Below are positions 25,305 to 32,000 of a stretch of DNA of 32,000 bases, piece by piece. The stretch's first letter is position 1, and each line of letters opens with the position of its first letter. This stretch comes from an uncultured Candidatus Saccharibacteria bacterium (GTDB lineage: Bacteria > Patescibacteriota > UBA1384 > XYA2-FULL-43-10 > 1-14-0-10-43-13): positions 60,001 through 92,000 of the forward strand of contig CAZIYE010000001.1 in assembly GCA_964543385.1 (NCBI GenBank), in the 5' to 3' direction. The notes under the pieces were generated by a model. It saw nothing but the letters and a program-made list of their open reading frames with translations. It was not told the origin of the DNA and made no database searches. Position numbers and translations under genes: made by a program.

Positions 25305-26086
25305 CCAAACTTATTTGCCTAAATATTGGGATAAAAATTGACAATGCCAATGCAGTGGTTAATTTTCTTGCCGAACAAGATGCTGATATTGTCTGTCTGC
25401 AGGAAGTAGCAAATCCCATAGAAAACTCCGTAAAAAATATTTTCAGATCAAAAGAAATCATCAAAAAAGCACTGGGTAAGACATACCCATACCGATATTT
25501 TTCTCCACTTTGGCAATCTAGAGGATTCACCAGCCTGGATTTTGGCGGCTTCATCGAACAAGGCAATTATATTTTGTCTAAGTTACCGATTAATAAAGCA
25601 GAGACAGCATTCTTCCACAAGGAATATAAAAAAGTCTCTGATTGGAAAGAGATGAATTTCTATACAGAAGATCATGGTAGAGCATTGCAAACCGTCGAAT
25701 TGGACTGCAACGGCAAGAAATTATGCATAATGAATATCCACGGCATTTGGACCGCTGACAAGATAGGGGATAGTAGGACAATTGCCGAAATTAATTTTAT
25801 CTTGAATAAATGCAGTGACAACGATACGCCCACGATAGTAGCCGGTGATTTTAATTTATTACCAGAGACAGACTCAATAAAATTGATCGACAATAAAATG
25901 ACAAACTTGATTTCACAGAATGAAATTCAGACAACACGACCGGAGTTTAAAAACAGCATGGAAGAGGGTAACAATATCGTCGATTATGTTTTTATCAATA
26001 ATAAAATTCAATCTAGTAAATTTGAAGTCCCAAATATTGCAATCAGCGACCATTTGCCGCTAATCTTGGAATTCGAACTTAATTAA
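25301..26086 (+). CDS. Endonuclease/exonuclease/phosphatase (EEP) family protein
   Basis: LICLNIGIKIDNANAVVNFLAEQDADIVCLQEV, IMNIHGIW, IVAGDFNLLPETDSI, IVDYVFINNKI, ISDHLPLILEFEL. Confidence 0.9.
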   Translation: MTKLICLNIGIKIDNANAVVNFLAEQDADIVCLQEVANPIENSVKNIFRSKEIIKKALGKTYPYRYFSPLWQSRGFTSLDFGGFIEQGNYILSKLPINKAETAFFHKEYKKVSDWKEMNFYTEDHGRALQTVELDCNGKKLCIMNIHGIWTADKIGDSRTIAEINFILNKCSDNDTPTIVAGDFNLLPETDSIKLIDNKMTNLISQNEIQTTRPEFKNSMEEGNNIVDYVFINNKIQSSKFEVPNIAISDHLPLILEFELN

Positions 26087-26143
26087 TATTTCTCTCGGGC
26101 CCAATCAGGTATTTGCCGGGATCTTTTTTATTTCCATTGCAAG

Positions 26144-26184
26144 ATTCCTGCTTTCCTGCCTTCCGGCAGGCATGGCGCAGGAAT
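26144..26184. repeat. Intergenic palindromic element of the ATTCCTGC...GCAGGAATGACA type
   Basis: Outer arms ATTCCTGC (26144-26151) / GCAGGAAT (26177-26184), inner arms CCTGCC (26155-26160) / GGCAGG (26165-26170) around TTCC. Confidence 0.7.
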
Positions 26185-26285
26185 GACAGTAAATGGTTAC
26201 GAAAGTTAATGTTTATCAAATACGATTATTGTGTTATAAGAAGATAACTCCGCGAGCAGCAAAATTTTAGTAAAGGAGCAAGGCG

Positions 26286-26552
26286 ATGGCTGTCAAACAG
26301 AATGCAGTCAAATTGCCCAATGGCAAAAATGCGATTGTTTTTCCAACAACTGCATCCGTACTTTTCCATGATGCCGTCCAACTGGCGGAGAACATCGACT
26401 TCCTCCTCTCGGGTCAATTCTCTGGTCAAGAACTGATTCTGGCCACCATTGTGAAACAGCCAGAACAGGATCTATCCAGTAAGACCCATGCCGGCGAGGC
26501 CGTACTGGTGTTTACACCGAAGCCCGTGCCAATCCCGCCGTCCAGCGAATAA
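26286..26552 (+). CDS. Small orphan protein, 88 aa (MAVKQNAVKLPNGKNAIVFPTTASVLFHDAVQLAENIDFLLSG...)
   Basis: RBS AAGGAG upstream of ATG. More GC-rich than neighbours and followed by a strong inverted repeat. Confidence 0.6.
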   Translation: MAVKQNAVKLPNGKNAIVFPTTASVLFHDAVQLAENIDFLLSGQFSGQELILATIVKQPEQDLSSKTHAGEAVLVFTPKPVPIPPSSE

Positions 26553-26579
26553 ATCCGCTCTCGACGTCAGGAATTCTCT

Positions 26580-26603
26580 CCAGGCCCACCCCCATGGGCC
26601 TGG
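26580..26603. other. Stable hairpin downstream of the orphan ORF, lacking a clear U-tract
   Basis: CCAGGCCCA (26580-26588) / TGGGCCTGG (26595-26603). Confidence 0.6.
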
Positions 26604-26656
26604 AAGAAACTAACAATTATCTAGATAATATTAGTAAGCAATGCTAAAATTTGATT

Positions 26657-26929
26657 ATGCAAGAAACAATAGATTTATTAAAAAAAGAAATAGCAGAAAT
26701 AAAACTTCGCAACAATAACGTTGAGGCAGATAAGGCTTGGGAGACCAGCATCACACGCCGGCTTCTTTTGATAATTTTTACATACTTAGCAATCAGTCTT
26801 TATCTTCAGGCTATTGAAGTTGATAGGCCATGGCTAAATGCTATCGTGCCAGCAGTTGGCTTTCTACTGTCGACACTTACTTTATCTTTCTTTAAAAAAC
26901 TTTGGTTAAAATGCTGCTATAAAAAATAG
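26657..26929 (+). CDS. Small two-TM membrane protein with N-terminal helix
   Basis: MQETIDLLKKEIAEIKLRNNNVEADKAWETSITRRLLLIIFTYLAISLYLQAIEVDRPWLNAIVPAVGFLLSTLTLSFFKKLWLKCCYKK. ATG start preferred over the upstream TTG. Confidence 0.75.
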   Translation: MQETIDLLKKEIAEIKLRNNNVEADKAWETSITRRLLLIIFTYLAISLYLQAIEVDRPWLNAIVPAVGFLLSTLTLSFFKKLWLKCCYKK

Positions 26930-26974
26930 CTCCGTTTTGATAAGATAATTGCATCAATATTTAGGATAACGAAG

Positions 26975-27754
26975 ATGCTAAACGAAAAAGATCTCGAAAA
27001 AATATTTGCTAATAAGAAAAAAGATTCCCAGATTGCCGACATCATTGCAAGTATTATTTGGAAAGTTGTTTCTTTTGCTGGAATAGTCTGTATTTGCTAT
27101 TTGGCAATTAATTTTTATGGTTTTAAAGACAAAGTGCAATATTGGTACAAAAACGATTTCAAGGCAGAGCCAGCAATTGATAGGGCAGAGCCAGCAGTAA
27201 GTCAGTTGGTATCGATAATTGAAAAGAAGCAAGAACCAGCTAAACGTGAAATCCAGCCAGATATGGCAGAAAACTCGATTAAGATTCCGACTATAAACGT
27301 CAACGCACCGATCAGCTGGAGAGTAAATAATTTGCCCAAGGAAGTAAGCCAGGGTCTTAGCAATGGAGTAATCCAAGTAAATGGCACGGCACTTCCTGGA
27401 GAGAAGGGAAATATCTATATCACTGGCCATAGTTCAAATTATGTTTGGGTTAAACAAAAATATAATTCAATATTTTCAAATATTAGCAAACTAGTTGTCG
27501 GAGACATGGTTTATGTCAAATTTGGCAAAGAAGTTTATGTCTATAAGGTTTATGACCAGAAAATTGTAGCATCTAATGATCTCTCAATTCTCGATCCTAC
27601 CAATGAATCTCGGTTGACCCTTGCAACCTGTTGGCCGCTTGGCACATCGTTGAAGCGTATGGTCGTGCTGGCAAACCAAATATATCCAAACCCGACCAAG
27701 AATAAAGCATCAAAAGAAGTCATCCGCTTTACCAAGCTCCCAAGCGGAAGATAA
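26975..27754 (+). CDS. Sortase (class D/E-like)
   Basis: N-terminal TM, IKIPTINVNAPI, GEKGNIYITGHSSNYVW (catalytic His), SRLTLATCWPLGTSLKRMVV (catalytic Cys/Arg). Confidence 0.92.
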   Translation: MLNEKDLEKIFANKKKDSQIADIIASIIWKVVSFAGIVCICYLAINFYGFKDKVQYWYKNDFKAEPAIDRAEPAVSQLVSIIEKKQEPAKREIQPDMAENSIKIPTINVNAPISWRVNNLPKEVSQGLSNGVIQVNGTALPGEKGNIYITGHSSNYVWVKQKYNSIFSNISKLVVGDMVYVKFGKEVYVYKVYDQKIVASNDLSILDPTNESRLTLATCWPLGTSLKRMVVLANQIYPNPTKNKASKEVIRFTKLPSGR

Positions 27755-27836
27755 TGCTAATATCAAATATAAAAGGCTCATGATGAGCCTTTTATATTTA
27801 AATTCCTGTTGGAACCATTGTAATAGAAATTATCTG

Positions 27837-28562
27837 TTACCTAATCTTGGCAATCTTATAATCACCGCTGTCTAGAAAGTATAGTTCGGAACCATCAGAA
27901 TTTATCTGAAATTTTGTTGGAGACTCACCGCTTAGGGTGGCAAGCAAGGTATCGTTTAGTCCTGTTTTTTCAATAATCCGAATTTCCCTGCCTTGTTGGT
28001 ATAAGACATGAGTATGATCAGAATACCAAATAACTTGACTTATTGGTGTTGAGAATCTTGATATGATTTTCTGCTCTACCCATATCTCAAATCCGTTTGA
28101 AAATAGTCCATTTCTATCACTTCGGCTCGCGAGTTGATCACTTGGACCATTTAAGAGAGACATCTTTCTATTATCAGTCAATTCTTCTACTACAGGATGA
28201 TCTTTGAATAGAACAACGTCCTTATAGACATTGACCGATTTTGAATCAATATTTAGATCAATCTGCCAGGTTTTATATGTGTTTTTCGAGATTTTGAAGG
28301 AATATCTGGCAGGTCGAAGGTTTTTAGCAAATGTTTTACCAACCTGAATTTTTTTATCGTTGATAAAAACTTCCGAGTCTTTTGGTAGATACTCGATAGA
28401 GATCAAGCCTGTTTTGATAGTACGAAAATTTATGAAATCAAAACGATTTCCTTCGGCATAAAAGAGAACAGACAACGCCAAAAATGTTATCACTGCCCCG
28501 ACAGCTAGCTGTCCGAACAATATTTTCATAAATAATTTTGTGCGCCGATCGTTATTGACCAT
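27837..28562 (-). CDS. Membrane-anchored PEGA-domain protein
   Basis: N-terminal TM, then TGLISIEYLPKDSEVFINDKKIQVGKTFAKNLRPARYSFKISKNTYKTWQIDLNI (PEGA-like). Confidence 0.8.
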   Translation of the reverse strand: MVNNDRRTKLFMKILFGQLAVGAVITFLALSVLFYAEGNRFDFINFRTIKTGLISIEYLPKDSEVFINDKKIQVGKTFAKNLRPARYSFKISKNTYKTWQIDLNIDSKSVNVYKDVVLFKDHPVVEELTDNRKMSLLNGPSDQLASRSDRNGLFSNGFEIWVEQKIISRFSTPISQVIWYSDHTHVLYQQGREIRIIEKTGLNDTLLATLSGESPTKFQINSDGSELYFLDSGDYKIAKIR

Positions 28563-28696
28563 AATAACAGGATTAAAGCCAGTCAGATATTCAATTATTA
28601 TATATCTGCTTAAAATTTACCGCTTGTTCTATTATATTGAATATTGCGCTAATTTACCATACAATAAAACCACTTACAATCATCACAAGGAGTTAC

Positions 28697-29959
28697 ATGG
28701 CCAAGTTTAGAATCAAGGGAGGAAAAGAGTTAAAGGGCGAAATACTAGTTTCTGGAGCAAAAAATGCTGCTTTAAAGATTATCCCTGCTGCAATTCTAGC
28801 AGACACACCATCAACAATTTCTAATGTCCCAAATATCTTAGACATTGAGAAAATTCTTGAGATACTCAGAAGTATCAGGGCAGATATCTCCTTCGAGAAT
28901 AATACCGTCAAGATAGATCCAAGAAAGATCAACTCGACTACTCCTGACGAAAAATTGGTAAAAAAACTACGAGGATCCGTAGTGTTAGTTGGAGCTCTTC
29001 TTGCGAAATATGGTCATGCCGTATTTAGCGAACCAGGAGGTTGTCTTATTGGAGCGAGAGCAATTGATGATCATTTAGACCTATTCCGCCAATTAGGAGT
29101 CAAGATAAGGATAAGCGATGGCAAATATATACTCAAAGGCAAACCTCAGGCAGGAAAAGTTATTCTAAATAAATTAAGTGTTACAGCAACTGAAAATGCT
29201 ATTTTAGCGACTGTTTTGTCTGAAGGCACTACTCATATTCATGTAGCGGCAGCTGAGCCAGAGATTGTTGACCTTGCAAACTTCCTAAACAAAATGGGGG
29301 CAAAGGTTGAGGGCGCCGGCACTCATGATATTTTCATTACTGGCGTGAAAAAATTAGAAGGAGTATCATATCGGATACTGCCAGATAGAATAGAAGCTGG
29401 TACTTATATTATTGCCGGCGTTGCGACCAACTCCGAAATAACCGTCGGTCCACTTGTTGTTGACCATTTGGATCTAGTTTTGAAAAAACTCTCTGATTCT
29501 GGAGCAAAATATAAAGTAATAGAGAAGAATGGCCAAGAATATATCAAAACATTGAAGCACAAGAAATTGATTGCCTGTGACGTCGACACTAGACCATATC
29601 CTGGCTTTCCAACAGATTTGCAATCGCCATATGCAGTTCTAGCTACACAATGCGAGGGGACAACAAGGATTTTCGAGACTATGTTCGAGGGTAGATTTGC
29701 CTATCTCGAAGAATTAAAATTACTCAGATCTCAGGCAAGTATATTAAATCCTCATGAAATTGAAATTCATGGCACCACTAAGCTTATGGGCACTGAAATT
29801 TCTAGCAAGGATATACGTGGCGGTGCCGCTCTAGTGATTGCCGCTCTGTTATCTCAAAGAACAACTACTATTCAAGATATAGAATTTGTTGACAGAGGTT
29901 ATGAGAAAATTGACGAAAAATTAAAATCAATCGGTGCTGATATCAAGAGAGAAGAGTAA
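28697..29959 (+). CDS. murA: UDP-N-acetylglucosamine 1-carboxyvinyltransferase
   Basis: ATG at 28697 with AAGGAG RBS. MAKFRIKGGKELKGEILVSGAKNAALKIIPAAILADTPSTI; EPGGCLIGARAIDDH containing the catalytic-loop Cys. Confidence 0.95.
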   Translation: MAKFRIKGGKELKGEILVSGAKNAALKIIPAAILADTPSTISNVPNILDIEKILEILRSIRADISFENNTVKIDPRKINSTTPDEKLVKKLRGSVVLVGALLAKYGHAVFSEPGGCLIGARAIDDHLDLFRQLGVKIRISDGKYILKGKPQAGKVILNKLSVTATENAILATVLSEGTTHIHVAAAEPEIVDLANFLNKMGAKVEGAGTHDIFITGVKKLEGVSYRILPDRIEAGTYIIAGVATNSEITVGPLVVDHLDLVLKKLSDSGAKYKVIEKNGQEYIKTLKHKKLIACDVDTRPYPGFPTDLQSPYAVLATQCEGTTRIFETMFEGRFAYLEELKLLRSQASILNPHEIEIHGTTKLMGTEISSKDIRGGAALVIAALLSQRTTTIQDIEFVDRGYEKIDEKLKSIGADIKREE

Positions 29960-29965
29960 ACATAA

Positions 29966-30979
29966 ATGCTTAGAAAAATTGCGATAGATTTAGGTACAAA
30001 TAATATTCGGGTTTATATCCCAAAAAAGGGTATAGTTATTAATGAACCAAGCGTTGTGGCACTGCAAGCCTTCGACAATAAAGTAATGGCGATTGGCGCA
30101 GAGGCAAAACAAATGATTGGACGCACTCCAGAAAGTATTATCGCTGCTGCTCCGCTCAAAGAGGGAGTGATCGCCAATTTTAGAATTGCCGAAGCAATGC
30201 TCCGTTATTATATAAATAAAGTCTCCGGAAATATTCGTCTTTTTAAACCTGAAATCATGGTCTCTATTCCTGCCGGCGTTACCTCTACGGAAAGACGTGC
30301 TGTCGTTGATGCTTGTAACTCTGCCGGTGCGAAACAAACTTATCTGATCAAGCAGCCAATAGCAGCAGCACTTGGCGCCAGCATTCCAATTGCAACACCA
30401 TCAGGCAATATGATTATAGATATTGGTGGTGGCACTAGTGAAGTTGCTGTTATTTCACTTGGAGATGTGGTCGCTTCGACATCCGTCCGTGTTGGTGGAA
30501 ATAAATTTGATGCTGCGATAGCAAACTTCATTAGGAAAAAACACAATTTAGTTATTGGCGACCAAACAGCTGAAGATATCAAAATCAAAATTGGCTCAGC
30601 CCAACCTTTAAAAAAGGAAATGAAGATGGAGGTCTCTGGCTCAAACACAATTACAGGCCTACCCGAAAGCATTATGATCAATTCCGAAGAGATCGTTCTC
30701 GCCATCAAACCACCATTAGTTGAAATAATTAACGCAGTTAAAGATGTACTTCAAAAAACTCCACCTGAGCTTGCCTCCGATGTGATGGATAAAGGAATAA
30801 TCCTAACAGGCGCCGGCTCGAAACTACGTAATATGGACACATTGTTGACAAAACTAACTGGGATTCCTTGTGAACTTGCAAATAATCCCGAAGAATGTGT
30901 CGTTAAAGGATCCGGAATAGCCATAGAAAACCTTGAGGCATTCAAGCGCTCAGTTCTTTGGACTAAGGATCAAAATTAA
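29966..30979 (+). CDS. mreB: Rod-shape determining protein MreB/Mbl
   Basis: IAIDLGTNNIRVYIPKKGIVINEPSVVAL...MVSIPAGVTSTERRAV...MIIDIGGGTSEVAVISLG...ILTGAGSKLRNMD. Confidence 0.94.
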   Translation: MLRKIAIDLGTNNIRVYIPKKGIVINEPSVVALQAFDNKVMAIGAEAKQMIGRTPESIIAAAPLKEGVIANFRIAEAMLRYYINKVSGNIRLFKPEIMVSIPAGVTSTERRAVVDACNSAGAKQTYLIKQPIAAALGASIPIATPSGNMIIDIGGGTSEVAVISLGDVVASTSVRVGGNKFDAAIANFIRKKHNLVIGDQTAEDIKIKIGSAQPLKKEMKMEVSGSNTITGLPESIMINSEEIVLAIKPPLVEIINAVKDVLQKTPPELASDVMDKGIILTGAGSKLRNMDTLLTKLTGIPCELANNPEECVVKGSGIAIENLEAFKRSVLWTKDQN

Positions 30980-30991
30980 TAGGCATTACCA

Positions 30992-31999
30992 ATGATAATA
31001 GGAATTGATGCATCAAAAGCAGCAGCAGAGAATCGCACTGGGGTAGAGAATTTTACCTATCAGATGATTCTTGGCCTAAATAAAATAAAAAAAGAAAACT
31101 TTTATTATCTCTATACAAATAAGAGCCTACCTCATGAATTACACTCTCGGGTAAACTTTTTGGAAAAAAAAACATACTTTCATAGATTTTTTAATAAAGT
31201 ATTTTTACCTCTATTATTATTGAAATATCGCCCTGACGTTTATTTCCAACCACTTTATTCGATACCAATGTTTACTCCAAAGAAATGTATCGCTGTAGTT
31301 CATGACCTTGCCTTCCAGAAATTTCCTGATGCTTATTCCGATTCAGAAATAAAAAGACAGATGTCTTCCTTAAATAACGTGGTGAAAAAATCAGAAAAAA
31401 TTGTTTGTGTCAGTCAGTCTACAAAAAATGATTTAATCGAGCTCTTTCCCGAAACGAAAGAAAAAATTGAAATTATCTATCCTTCTTATAACGAAGAAAC
31501 TTTCCACCCAATCGAAAAGCCCAAGGATCCTTTAAAAGTAGGAGATTATTTTTTCCTTTTTATTGGGCGCCTCGAAGAACGTAAAAATATAGTAAAAATA
31601 ATTGAAGCCTTTTCACTTTTGAAAGAAGAGCTCGGCCTACCTCACAAATTAGTCTTAGCAGGTAAGCCCGGCTATGGCTATGACAAGATCGCCGAAAAAA
31701 TAAAATCTCTAAAACCCGAAATTGCTAAGCAAATTATCTTGCCAGGTTTTATTAAGCAAGAAGATATGGCCGATGTTATGAGCAGTGCCACAGCATTTCT
31801 TTACCCGTCGCTTTATGAAGGTTTTGGAATTGCAGCCCTAGATGCTCTTGCTGCCGGTACACCAGTTATAACTGCAAATACTTCTGCTCTACCAGAAGCA
31901 GTTGGAGATGCTGCCATACTAGTAGCACCAGAAGACGCTAATGCCATTAAAAATGCAATGAGAGAGTTAGCAACTGACCCAGTAAAAAGGAATTCATTG
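30992..31999 (+). CDS. GT4-family glycosyltransferase, 3'-partial at window edge
   Basis: MIIGIDASKAAAENRTGVENFTYQMILGLK...FIGRLEERKNIVKIIEAFSLL...FLYPSLYEGFGIAALDALAAGTPVITANTSALPEAVGDAAILVAPEDA. Open to window end; absent from the ORF track because it is truncated. Confidence 0.9.
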   Translation, partial: MIIGIDASKAAAENRTGVENFTYQMILGLNKIKKENFYYLYTNKSLPHELHSRVNFLEKKTYFHRFFNKVFLPLLLLKYRPDVYFQPLYSIPMFTPKKCIAVVHDLAFQKFPDAYSDSEIKRQMSSLNNVVKKSEKIVCVSQSTKNDLIELFPETKEKIEIIYPSYNEETFHPIEKPKDPLKVGDYFFLFIGRLEERKNIVKIIEAFSLLKEELGLPHKLVLAGKPGYGYDKIAEKIKSLKPEIAKQIILPGFIKQEDMADVMSSATAFLYPSLYEGFGIAALDALAAGTPVITANTSALPEAVGDAAILVAPEDANAIKNAMRELATDPVKRNSL

Positions 32000-32000
32000 A

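Noticed and set aside
1-32000. CRISPR array, transposase, integrase or prophage structure
   Set aside because: I found no regularly spaced repeats, transposase/integrase motifs or phage structural genes. The small-ORF islands are the only insertion-like features.

Overview
This 32 kb window is a low-GC, gene-dense bacterial segment. Its gene content resembles Patescibacteria/CPR-type genomes, but that is an inference with no marker-gene test behind it. Left edge: a DUF3494-like adhesin/ice-binding domain joined to a sortase C-terminal tail, a decayed RibD-C/DHFR-like fragment, and a compositionally distinct cluster of small orphan ORFs with divergent sigma70-type promoters. Next come a divergent Elp3 / Trm9-like methyltransferase pair and rarA. 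A minus-strand central-carbon operon follows: bifunctional phosphoglucose/phosphomannose isomerase, gpmI, a catalytically dead gpmI paralog, fused ADP-forming acyl-CoA synthetase, and 2-oxoacid:ferredoxin oxidoreductase alpha, beta and gamma-delta. After that: a Sua5/YrdC gene, tRNA-Leu(CAA), an OmpR-type response regulator and histidine kinase, a second small-ORF mini-operon, a small secreted protein, an FtsX/MacB-like ABC transporter, cupin, GyrI-like, MFS, HD, HAM1-like, CBM-like and EEP-family proteins, a third orphan small ORF, a sortase, a PEGA-domain protein, murA, mreB and a truncated GT4 glycosyltransferase. Most notable observations: (i) a conserved TMAGCKTATTCTCAG-like promoter element with an 11-bp period upstream of the two-component operon, the small secreted protein and the ABC exporter, a candidate regulon; (ii) a degenerate iPGM pseudoenzyme overlapping the active gpmI; (iii) the Elp3 + Trm9-like pairing; (iv) small orphan membrane/soluble ORFs with strong Shine-Dalgarno sites; (v) the DUF3494::sortase hybrid. 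No CRISPR array, rRNA or clear transposase was seen.
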